From NCBI GenBank assembly GCA_965217185.1, contig OZ244252.1, positions 2,144,001 through 2,208,000 on the forward strand: a stretch of 64,000 nucleotides of DNA, in the 5' to 3' direction. Position numbers and translations under genes: made by a program. This DNA comes from an uncultured Candidatus Entotheonella sp. Its GTDB lineage: Bacteria; Tectomicrobia; Entotheonellia; Entotheonellales; Entotheonellaceae. The notes below the pieces were generated by a model, which was given only the letters and a program-made list of their open reading frames with translations, did no database searches and was not told the origin of the DNA. The stretch's first letter is position 1. Each line of letters opens with the position of its first letter. Positions 52,730 to 62,613 of this stretch are shown piece by piece.

Positions 52730-54004
52730 CTAGGCCAGATGCGGGTGCATCCAGGCGGCCACGGCCAGCAGATGATCGTCGGCGCCGAGCGGCCCCACGG
52801 CCTGCACGCCGACGGGCAAACCCTGCGGTCCGCTGAGGCCGGGAAGACTGATGACCGGGGTGTGCAGCAACGTCCACATGCGGTTGAACAGCGGATTGCC
52901 GGTGGCCCCCAGGCCGGCGGGCGCTTCGCCGGGCGCGCTGGGCACCAGCAGAACGTCGTGTTCGGCGAACACGGCGGGCAGCGCACGGCGGCAGGTTTCG
53001 GCCAGTTGCAGCGCCGCCTTGTATTCGGCGTACGACAGCCTTTCCCCTGGCTCCAGCAGTTGCTGCGTGCTGGGACTCAGTTGGTCGCGGCGCTGTGTCA
53101 ACTCATAGGCGCAACAACGCACGCCCTCGAATATCTGCACCGTCGTCTGCGCCTCCACCAGGCCGTCGAACTCGGCGGGCAGCGTCACCTCCTCCACCTG
53201 CGCTCCGGCGTCGGCGAAGCGTTGGGCGGCCGTTTCCACGGCCTCCTGAGTGGCGGCCGTTGCCTGCGGCCATTGCGGCGTGCGGCACAGGCCGATGCGC
53301 GGCGGCGCAGCCAGCGTCGTCAACTGCGGCGGACTGCCCATCAGCACCGCCCGCAGCAGCGCCAAGTCCTGCACGCAGCGGGCGAAGCCGCCGAGCGTAT
53401 CCAGCGTCTGCGACAGCAGCTTGATGCCGGCCAGTGAGAAATCGCCGTGCGTCGGCTTGTAACCGACCACGCCGCAGAACGACGCCGGGCGCACGATGGA
53501 ACCGGCCGTCTGGCTGCCCAGCGCCATCGGCACCATCTCCGCCGCCACCGCCGCCGCCGAGCCGCTGGACGAACCGCCTGGCGTGTGCGCCGGGTTGTGC
53601 GGATTGGCCGTCTTGCCGGGCTCGTACATGGCGAACTCGGTGCTCACGGTCTTGCCCATGACCACCGCCCCGGCCTGCCGCAGCAGCGCCACGCAGGCGG
53701 CGTCCCAGGCCGTTTGATGAGCGGCGTAAATCGGCGATCCGTAGGTCGTCGGCATATCCACGGTATCGATGATGTCCTTGATGCCCACCGGCACGCCGTA
53801 CAGCGGGCCGCTCGCGGTCGCGCGATCGCGGTCGCGGGCTTGTGCCAACGCCTGCTCCGGGTCGAGATGGGTCCAAGCTGAAATCGCAGGGTCGCGCTCG
53901 TCGATGCGCTCCAGGCAGGCGCGCACCAGCGCCTCGCTCGTCAGGTTGCCGGAGGCGATGGCCTCGGCGGCTTCCCAGGCGTTCAGGGTATGGCTTGATG
54001 GCAT
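52730..54004 (-). CDS. Amidase signature family protein
   Basis: GIKD, GGSSSGS, GSQTAGSIVRPA. Confidence 0.9.
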   Translation of the reverse strand: MPSSHTLNAWEAAEAIASGNLTSEALVRACLERIDERDPAISAWTHLDPEQALAQARDRDRATASGPLYGVPVGIKDIIDTVDMPTTYGSPIYAAHQTAWDAACVALLRQAGAVVMGKTVSTEFAMYEPGKTANPHNPAHTPGGSSSGSAAAVAAEMVPMALGSQTAGSIVRPASFCGVVGYKPTHGDFSLAGIKLLSQTLDTLGGFARCVQDLALLRAVLMGSPPQLTTLAAPPRIGLCRTPQWPQATAATQEAVETAAQRFADAGAQVEEVTLPAEFDGLVEAQTTVQIFEGVRCCAYELTQRRDQLSPSTQQLLEPGERLSYAEYKAALQLAETCRRALPAVFAEHDVLLVPSAPGEAPAGLGATGNPLFNRMWTLLHTPVISLPGLSGPQGLPVGVQAVGPLGADDHLLAVAAWMHPHLA

Positions 54005-54095
54005 GGCGAATCCTCACGGCTTGAGAGTGTCTGCAGGCAATTGGGGTGCCACCATAGCGCATTCCCAAGGCACGGGTCCAGGACGCGGCGTCGGT

Positions 54096-57000
54096 TCAAT
54101 GCCAATCATGCGCCTCGGGCATGCGCACGCGGGTGTCGATGGCCTTCAGGTCGGAAACGATGACGTTGGGAGTGTCGTAGCGCGACACCACCCCCTTGAC
54201 CAGCGCCACCTGGCTGCGCAACTGCTGCCGGCAGCGGGCGGCCACGTCGGCCCAGAGGGTAACTTGCTGATCGCCGTGCTCGTCCTCGATGGTCACGAAC
54301 ACCACGCCGTTTTTGCCCTTGGGGTGTTGCCGGGCCACCGGCCAGCCGGCCACCTGCACCTCCTCCCCCGCCTTGCACGCTTCCACCGCTACGGTCGGCA
54401 GCACCTTTTTGCTCAGCCGCGGCCGGATGAATTCTATCAGGTGGCCGCGCGGATAGATGCCCATGACGCGGTACTCGCCGGCCATCTTTTCGTAATCCGT
54501 GAAGTCCGCCAGCCCGTCCACCCGCTCCTCCGTCCTCAGCGCTAGCCCCACCTGACCCGCGTGCGACGGGCGTACGGCCAGCCCGGCCTCCCACAACGCG
54601 GCGCGACGGTTGGGATTGAGGCCGTCGAACGCCCCGGCGCGCACCAGCGACAACACGGCCTGCGGCTTGAGGCCGGTGCGCCGCACCAGATCGCCGGCGC
54701 TGACGTAGCTGCCGCCGCGCTGCCGCTCCTCCACGATCAGCCGGGCAGAACTCGTGCTCACGTCCTTGATGAACCGCAGGCCCAGACATAGATCTCCCGC
54801 CTCGGGCGTGCAGGCCACCCGGCTGAGGTTCACGCACGGGTTGCGGGAGGCGACGCCGAAGCGCCGCGCGTCCTGCTTGAGCGTCTCCAGCGGGTAAAAG
54901 CCCATGGGCTGGTTGTTGATCAGGGCGACGAAAAACGCCAGCGGGTAGTAGCACTTCATCCAGGCCGCCTGGTAGGCCGTGATGCCAAAGGCGAAGCTGT
55001 GCGACTCGGGGAACATGTAGTGCCCGTTGATCTTGCCAAAAATCTTCTCGCCGATTTCCGTGGGCACGCCGCGCTGCCGCGCCTGTTCCAGAAAGCGTTG
55101 GCGGTGCGCGGCGATGAGGTGCCGGTTGTTCGGCTTGGCGAAGGCGCGGCGGATTTCATCGGCCTCGGCGGCGCTCATGCCCGCCACGTCCATGACGAGC
55201 TGCACCACCTGCTCCTGCCGCACGATGATGCCGTAGCCGCGCTCCAGGGCGCGCTTCTCCAGCGGGTGGTCATAGTCCCACGCGGCGCCGTGGCGGTAGC
55301 GCTCGACGAAGTTGGACACCGCACTGCCCTGGGTGCCGACGCCGGGGCGGATGAGGGCGACCTGGTAGGCCAGGTCCAGCAGGTTGCGCGACCGCAGGCG
55401 CTGGCCCATCTTGAGCTGCGCCGGCGATTGCAGCAGGAAGACGCCCTTGCAGCGGCCCGCGTTGATCAGGTCGTAAACCTTGGGATCCTCCGGGTCGATG
55501 CGGCTGAGGTCCGGGCGCCGTCCCTTCTTCGCCTCGATCAGGTTCAGGGCTTCTTCCAGCTGATCCAACACCGGCAGGGACAACAGATCGATCTTGGCAA
55601 AATGGGCGTCTGCCACGCTGTCTTTGTCCCAGTCCATGATGAAACGCCCCGGCGTGGCACCGGCGCGCACGGGCACCATGTCGGGGATCGGCGAGCTGCT
55701 CAGCACCATGCCGCCGACGTGCTGGCTGAGCAGCCTGGGGGCGCCCATGAGTTGCGGAGAAAGCCGCAGCAGGTGGCGCCAGCCGGGGGCGTTCACGCGG
55801 TCGCGGAAGGCGTCGAGCCCCAGCATTTCCCGGCGCAGAGCCTGCCCCGGACCCCGGATCAAGTCCGGGGCAGGCTTTGATCCGGGGTCGGCGGCGTCGC
55901 GGGAGTGCAATTGCTTGGAAAGATGCGACAGCTCTTTGCGCGGCAACCCGAGGTCCTGGACGATGCCCTTGACGGTGTAGGTGTAGATGGCGCCGGCGAG
56001 GACGGCGAAGTGCGGTCCGAAATGGCGGTGCACCCGTTCGATCAGTGCCTCGCGCAGGCTGCGGGGGAAATCGAGATCGATGTCCGGCAGGCTCGTCATG
56101 TCCTCGGAGATGAAGCGCTCCAGCGTCAGGTTCCACTTGAGCGGGTCGACGTGGCTGATGCCGATCAGGTAGCCGACCAGCAGGGACACCGAGGAGCCGC
56201 GCCCACGGCCCGGCGTTCTCTCCTCCAGCGGCGTCTCCGGGGGCGTCAGGCCGCGCTCCTGCATGACCCGCTGGGCGATGCGCACGATCTCCCGGTACAG
56301 CAGCAGGAAACCGGCCAAATGATGCCGTTCGATGAGCCGCATTTCCTCGTCGAGGCGAGATTCAAGCTGCGGGGTGATGGCGCCGTAGCGCCGGATGGCG
56401 GCTTCGAGGCAAAGCTGCTTCAGGTAGCGCTGCGGGGTGTAGCCTACGGGTACGTCGGGCTCGGGGAGGGCGTAGCCGAGGTCGGTGCTCAGGTTGAAGG
56501 TGCAGCTTTCGGCGAGGCGCGCGGTGTTGGCGAGCGCCTCGGGACAGTCGCCGAACAGCTCGGCCATCTGCTGCGGCGATTTCAGGGACAGGTGCGGATT
56601 GGGGCTGATGAACGGCAGGGCCTGGTCGATGGTCAGGTTGTGCCTGGCGGCGACCAGGGCATTTTGCAGCCGGTAGCGCTGCGGGGTGTGGTAGTGCACG
56701 TCGTTGCTGGCGATCAGGGGGACGCCGTGCTCGCGGGCCAGGCGGCTGAGCTCGCGGTTGCGGGCGGTATCGCCGCGCAGGAAGTTTTGTTGCAGCTCCA
56801 CGTAGACCGAGCCGCTGCCGTACCATGCCAGGTAATCGCAAAACAGGCGTGCGGCTTCCCGACGACGGCCTTCCTTCACCATGTGTGACAGGCGCCGCCG
56901 CGCCCGCCGCACAGCAGCACGACGCCCTCGGCGTGCGTCGGCAGGTGCTCGGGGTCGAGCCGCGGCGACCGGCGATCGACGGCGCCGGCCAGGGTGAACA

Positions 57001-57274
57001 GGCGCGAGAGGTTGGCGTAGCCTTGGCGCGTCTTGGCGAGCAGCGTCAGACGCGAGCCGTCCCGCAGGGTGAGCTCGCCGCCGGTAATGGGCTGGATGTC
57101 CAGGGAATTGGCCAGGCGGGCGAATTCGAGGGCGCCGCACAGGTTGGTGTCGGTCAGGGCCAGGGCGTGGCAGCCGTGCGCCTTGGCCTGCGTCAGCAAT
57201 TCGTGGACGTGCGAAGCGCCGAGACCGAACGAGTAAAAACTCTTGGCGTGCAGTTCGACGTACGCGGCACCCAT
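54096..57274 (-). pseudogene. dnaE2: Error-prone DNA polymerase III alpha; frameshift near 56895 and a 16-aa in-frame insert
   Basis: YVELHAKSFYSF, LALTD, GRGSS, PDIDLDF, SQHVGG, KIDLL, FPESHS, NNQPMGFY, C-terminal HDWH. Confidence 0.88.
55839..55886. repeat. Nested pair of 24-bp hairpin mini-elements inside dnaE2
   Basis: Outer AGCCTGCCCCGGAC|TTGATCCGGG is split by the inner inverted copy CCCGGATCAAGTCCGGGGCAGGCT (55853-55876). Confidence 0.9.
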
Positions 57275-57284
57275 AGGCCCGCCC

Positions 57285-57887
57285 CTATCTGCCCTGCCGG
57301 TACCAGCGGCTGTTCCTGTGGTTGCGAAACACCGTCAGTTGCCTGCCGTCGCCGGGATTCACGCGGTAGTAGGTTCGCGTCAGCGGTTCCGGCAGCCACC
57401 ACAGGTCGAACGACCAGAGATCATCGATGCGGGCCACCGGGTACCATTGCCGCCGCAGGTAAACCGCCAGCGGCTGTCGGTCCGGGCCTTCGCGCACCTC
57501 GACGGGAACCGGCAGCCAATCAACGGCGCACGGCGCCAGAAAGCCCGGTACGGAGGCGGGAACGATGGTCACGCCCGCGCTGCTGACGTTCGCCGCGACA
57601 AAGGCGGGGAACTTGGCGTCAGCCACGCCGATGCGCGGTTCCAGACCTTGTGGGATGGTGTCGAGCAGCGCCTTCAGCAACTGCGCCTCACCGCCGTACA
57701 GCTTCTCCAGTCCGTCCAGCCGCACGTACACGGTGCCCGGCGCTGCCGCCTCGATGCGGTCACTGATCGTTGTGAGGCCGTCCACCACCCAGGTGAACAC
57801 CCGACAGTCATAGGGCGCATCGGTGTCCGGCAGGATGCGCTCGGCTTTGGCCTGCAGATGCGGAATGACGATACAAGCAACTCGCAT
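57285..57887 (-). pseudogene. Internally deleted ImuB/Y-family polymerase-like gene with a DUF6504-like tail
   Basis: MRVACIVIP, VYVRLDGL..LYG, RIGVADAKF.A.VAA, FLAP..VD.LP, WW......R.YYRV; only 200 aa. Confidence 0.6.
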
Positions 57888-57939
57888 AACATCCCACCCG
57901 TTGATGGCTTACCGTCGGTCACGAGAAAACCGGGGCGGA

Positions 57940-57969
57940 ATGATAATGCACAAATGTTCAGTATGTCAA
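57940..57969 (-). promoter_or_regulatory. Putative sigma70 promoter with a LexA-like box for imuB-dnaE2
   Basis: Minus strand TTGACA-N18-TATCAT; spacer contains GAACATTTGTGC (57948-57959), 1 mismatch to GAAC-N4-GTTC. Confidence 0.45.
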
Positions 57970-57996
57970 ACAGATTCGACGAGGGTTGTGTCAGAT

Positions 57997-59286
57997 GGGC
58001 ATCTCGAAAAATGCCTCGTGGATAGTCATAGATGGCGAGAGTGGCAATTCGCTGGCATGTCGGTGAGAAAATGAACTCGGCTGTCCAGGGGGACTGCCTC
58101 CCTGCAAGGAGGATTCGCCTTCCAATGAGGGCCTCCGGTGCACCCTTCCGCACCGTTGGCGCTCAACTGGCGCTCGCAAGGCGTTGTAATTGAATCAGGC
58201 GACGCATGTTGTAGGCAAGGTTCTTAAGACCTATCCGCGCCCTCGCGCCCGTACGAGCCCGATGCTGCGAACCAACGTCCCGCCCATGTCGTTTTGCTGC
58301 GCCCCGAAGACATGCTCTACCCGTACCCGAAACCGTGAACGACTCTGGTTGCCCGCCTTCTCCCAATCACGCAACGGACGGTTGCGATAGCCCTTGCGAT
58401 GAATCCGACTCCTCAAACCCCTGGCCTTCAGCGTCGCTTCAATGGCTTTCGACCGCTAGGCGCTGTCCGCCCAGACACCGCTTGCCGTGTTGTCCGACGT
58501 AAGCAACTCCTCAATCACTTGGCTGTCGTGCACCGCCGCATCCGTCACCCGGTAACGCCGTATCAGCTTGTGCCGACGGTCGATGGTGACGTGATTCTTG
58601 TAGCCATAGTGGCTCTTGCCGTGCTTCTTCGTCCAGCGCGCATCCCTGTCCTTTTGTCGACGCTTGGCTGGCTTGTCAGCCCAGGCCTCAGGTGTCTCAC
58701 CCCGTTTGATCTGCTCATTGTCGTCACGACGATTGCGTTGCATGGGAACCGCGACAATCGAAGCATCGATGATCTGGCCACCCATCGCCTGGTAGCCCTG
58801 GCTTTTCAGGTAGCCGTCGAAATCCTCGAACAAGGCATCGATGAGGCCGGCCTGTGACAACTGTTCGCGGTAGAGCCACACCGTCTTGGCATCGGGCACC
58901 TTGTCTTCGAGTGTCAAGGCCAAGAAGCGCACAAAGGACAGGCGGTCGCGCATCTGATACTCGACCTGGTCGTCCGACAGATTGTAGAGGGCGCACAAAA
59001 TGATGGCCTTGAACATGACGATGGCATCCCACGGCTTGCACCCCGCATTGGACTTGCGCTTGTCGGCTGGCTTGCGCCAGACTCTCTCCAGGCGGCTGCG
59101 GAACGCTTCCCACGGAACGGCAGCGTTGACCTTCACCAGGGGATCGTTTTTGGCGTCCAGAGCGGCGTAGCGATTCTCGATATCGAAAAAGCCCATCTGA
59201 GCCATGTTGCACTCCTCCGGCCTTGTTGGTTGACGTGTTTCAGTGATTCTAAACCACGTGGGAGATGGGTATTATTAGAGATGCCC
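57997..59286 (-). mobile_element. IS5-family element copy 2 (1290 bp), defective
   Basis: Same TIRs as copy 1; TSD AGAT; ORF 58456-59205 ends prematurely at WADSA-TAG. Confidence 0.92.
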
Positions 59287-59414
59287 AGATATCGGGTTCA
59301 AGAGGATGGACGACAAACCGCAGGTTTACGGACACAGATGATCGGGATGTTCAAGGATGTCATCGGGCGAGAAGAATTCAGGGCACGATATCCTGAAAGT
59401 ATCAAAGAGCCTCC

Positions 59415-60995
59415 TCAGCCCCTCTTGCGCAGTTGAAAACGCTGGATTTTACCCGTCGCCGTCTTGGGCAGATCGTCGACGAAATGGATCCAGCGGGGGT
59501 ATTTGTAGCGTGCCAAGCCGTCTTGACAATACGCCAGCAGCTCGTTCGCCATGGCGTCACTGGCATCGCCGGCGTGGTGCAACACGACATGGGCCTCGGG
59601 CTTGGTGAGGCCGTCGTCATCGGCACGGCCTACGACCGCGGCTTCGAGGACTTTGGGGTGCTCGACGAGGCGGCTCTCGATCTCCACTGGAGAACACCAG
59701 ACGCCGCCGACTTTCAGCATGTCGTCGCTGCGCCCACAGTAGACGTAATAGCCCTCGTCATCCTGCAAATAGGTGTCGCCGGTGTTGACCCACTCGCCGC
59801 GCATCGTCGCCGCCGTTTTTTCCGGGTTGTTCCAGTAACAGCGCGCCGCCGAGTCGCCTTTGACCATCAAGCGGCCGACCTCGCCCGGTGCGACCGGGGC
59901 ATCGTTCTCGTCGAGAATCTGAGTTTCGTAACCCGGCACCACCCGGCCGCTGGAGCCCGGTTTGCAGTCCTCAAGACGATTGGAAATAAAGATGTGCAAT
60001 AGCTCCGTGGAACCGATCCCATCCAAAATGACGAGGTTCGTCAGCGCCTGCCAACGCCGAAAAATATCAGGGGGCAGCGCCTCGCCGGCCGAGACGCACA
60101 GGCGCAACGACGACACGTCACGCGGCGCCTGCTCCAGCTCTCGCAGTTGGGCCGCGTAGAGCGTCGGGACGCCAAAATAAAGGGTGGGCTTGAAGCGCTC
60201 GATAAGGTCGAAGGTCATCTGCGGAGAGGGGCGTTGATCACTCAACACCGCAGTGGCCCCAACCCATAGCGGAAAGGTCATGGCGTTGCCCAGACCGTAG
60301 GCAAAAAACAATTTCGCGGCTGAAAAACAGATATCGTCCTCGCCCATTCCCAGCGTATCCACCGCGTAGTGCACACACGTGACCACGATATCGCGATGCC
60401 GGTGCACGGCCCCTTTCGGTCGCCCCGTAGAACCGGATGAATAGAGCCAGAAGCAATCGTCCTCCGCCGCGGCGGCGACCGCATCGAGCGCCGTGGAGGC
60501 CCGTGACAAACGGGCTTGAAGCGCGGCGTCGTCTCCTTCGGTCACCAAGACTTCCGGGCGCCGGGCGGCGGATGCAAGGGCCGGCGCCACTTCCGCCGCG
60601 TACTCCGGTGAGTAGACGACTGCCGCACACGCCGAATCATCGATCATGTACTGATAGTCAGGCGCGCGCAGCAGGGTGTTGACGGGCACCGGCACGACCC
60701 CGGCCTTGATGGCCCCCCAGAACAGGTAAAAGAACTCAGGGCAATCTTTGACGATCATCAGCAGGCGATTGCCCGGCACGAGCCCCATCTCGCGCAACAC
60801 GTTGCCACAGCGGTTGACCTGCTCGGCGAGTTCGCCGTAGGTCACGTCACCCGCAACGGTGCGAATGGCCGCCTTCCCCGACCGTCCTTCCGACAGGTGG
60901 CGGTCGATGAAAGGCACCGCCACGTTAAAGACCGGCGCGAACGCGATCGTGGATGGTGTCGGGGCGTGATCAACAACGACGGTATGGTCCTGCAC
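59415..60995 (-). CDS. Benzoate-CoA ligase family protein
   Basis: WLYSSGSTGRPKG, KLFFAYGLGN, SAGEALP, DGIGSTE; adjacent to box genes; GTG start with GGAGA RBS. Confidence 0.9.
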   Translation of the reverse strand: MQDHTVVVDHAPTPSTIAFAPVFNVAVPFIDRHLSEGRSGKAAIRTVAGDVTYGELAEQVNRCGNVLREMGLVPGNRLLMIVKDCPEFFYLFWGAIKAGVVPVPVNTLLRAPDYQYMIDDSACAAVVYSPEYAAEVAPALASAARRPEVLVTEGDDAALQARLSRASTALDAVAAAAEDDCFWLYSSGSTGRPKGAVHRHRDIVVTCVHYAVDTLGMGEDDICFSAAKLFFAYGLGNAMTFPLWVGATAVLSDQRPSPQMTFDLIERFKPTLYFGVPTLYAAQLRELEQAPRDVSSLRLCVSAGEALPPDIFRRWQALTNLVILDGIGSTELLHIFISNRLEDCKPGSSGRVVPGYETQILDENDAPVAPGEVGRLMVKGDSAARCYWNNPEKTAATMRGEWVNTGDTYLQDDEGYYVYCGRSDDMLKVGGVWCSPVEIESRLVEHPKVLEAAVVGRADDDGLTKPEAHVVLHHAGDASDAMANELLAYCQDGLARYKYPRWIHFVDDLPKTATGKIQRFQLRKRG

Positions 60996-61183
60996 GGCGT
61001 CTCTCCAAGGCCGATTGCCCTTTGACGTTGCTGGAGCATTTCTGAAACGGATTGCATCGTTTGTGCGGCGACGGGTTCCCCCCACCGGCTCACCTGCGGG
61101 TCGCGCCCTTGTTTCGCCGACTCCCCTCAAGGAGGGAGTGATGGATGGCGACGACGAGCAAGCTAAATTGATCCGGAAATACT

Positions 61184-62611
61184 TTAGGAGGCAAAGCGAA
61201 CGTAATCAAAATCAATGGGTTGGCCGTTAATACCGCGTGACGGGGGGCCGATCCAGCTCGCCATCTCGCCTGGCGCCGTCACCGGTTTCATGAGCGACTC
61301 GACAAAGCCGTGATCCGCATCCGACGGCAGCCAGTCATGGGTTTGGCGCTCCCAGTCATCGGCGGACAGGATGTCCCCGACTGGAGAAACTTCGACATCG
61401 GCAAACACGCCAATGCGACGGTTGAAACCGCGGTGAGGCAACATCAATTGGTAGGCAACGCCACGTTGGGTGATCGCCCGATTCCACCGATCGACGCCGC
61501 GCTGACTGTCCTCAATAAACGCATCCCGCAAGCGCTCGTTGAGCGCCAGCAGCGCGGGCTGATCTTCACGGACAATCGTTCCGTCTTGCGGCGAATACAC
61601 GGGCCACAGGTCCTCGCTCAGGCGGTGATCGTCAGCGATGCGCGCCTCCTGAAAACGCCCTTTGAGTCCGGTGGTGAAATAATTGGCCGCATTGGTCGAG
61701 TGTTCCTGGCCAAAAAGATCGAGCGAGACGCTGTAGTGAAAATTCAGAAACCGTTGGATGGTAGGCAGATCAATGGCACCGGCGGCCCGAATCCGTTCGG
61801 GATCATCGGTTTTGAGCGCCGCCATAATATCGCACGTGCGTTCGACGACGCGCCGAATTCCCGTCTCGCCGACGAACATGTGATGCGCCTCCTCCGTCAG
61901 CATAAACCGGCAGGTGCGCGCGAGCGGATCGAACCCGGATTCGGCCAAGGAGGCGAGCTGGTATTTGCCGTCACGGTCGGTGAAGTAGGTAAACATAAAG
62001 TACGACAGCCAATGCGGCGTTTTTTCGTTAAACGCCCCCAGGATGCGCGGTCGATCGGGGTCCCCCGAGTGACGCTGCAGCATCTCCTCCGCCTCTTCCC
62101 GGCCATCGCGGCCAAAATAGGCGTGCAGCAGATAGACCATCGCCCACAGGTGCCGTCCCTCTTCGACGTTGATTTGATATAAGTTGCGCAGATCGTAGAG
62201 CGATGGACACGTAGCGCCCAAGTGGCGCTGTTGCTCCACCGAGGCCGGTTCGGTATCGCCCTGGGTGACGATGAGACGGCGCAGCGCGCTGCGATACGCC
62301 CCCGGAACTTCCTGCCACGCCGGCTCCCCTTGATGGTCGCCGAACGCGATGGAGCGCTCCGCCTGCGGCTTGGCAAGAAAAATTCCCCAGCGATAATCCG
62401 GCATTTTGACGTAGCCAAAATTCGCCCAGCCGTCGCTTTCGACACTGATGGCCGTACGCAGATAGACGTCATGGGCCAGCGCCCCTTCCGGCCCCAGGTC
62501 ATGCCACCAACGCAGATAATTCGGCTGCCACGACTCCAATGCGCGCTGCAGGCGACGGTTGTCCGCCAGCGCCACGTTGTTGGGAATGCGTTCGCTATAA
62601 TCGATGGACAT
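61184..62611 (-). CDS. boxB: Benzoyl-CoA 2,3-epoxidase subunit B
   Basis: IPNNV.L, VKMPDYRWGIF, QGDTEPASVEQQ, EEGRHLW, MLTEEAHH. Confidence 0.95.
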   Translation of the reverse strand: MSIDYSERIPNNVALADNRRLQRALESWQPNYLRWWHDLGPEGALAHDVYLRTAISVESDGWANFGYVKMPDYRWGIFLAKPQAERSIAFGDHQGEPAWQEVPGAYRSALRRLIVTQGDTEPASVEQQRHLGATCPSLYDLRNLYQINVEEGRHLWAMVYLLHAYFGRDGREEAEEMLQRHSGDPDRPRILGAFNEKTPHWLSYFMFTYFTDRDGKYQLASLAESGFDPLARTCRFMLTEEAHHMFVGETGIRRVVERTCDIMAALKTDDPERIRAAGAIDLPTIQRFLNFHYSVSLDLFGQEHSTNAANYFTTGLKGRFQEARIADDHRLSEDLWPVYSPQDGTIVREDQPALLALNERLRDAFIEDSQRGVDRWNRAITQRGVAYQLMLPHRGFNRRIGVFADVEVSPVGDILSADDWERQTHDWLPSDADHGFVESLMKPVTAPGEMASWIGPPSRGINGQPIDFDYVRFAS

Positions 62612-62613
62612 CC

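Noticed and set aside
42664..59286. Composite transposon bounded by the two IS5 copies
   Set aside because: Each IS has its own TSD (TTTA, AGAT) and the outer flanks do not match
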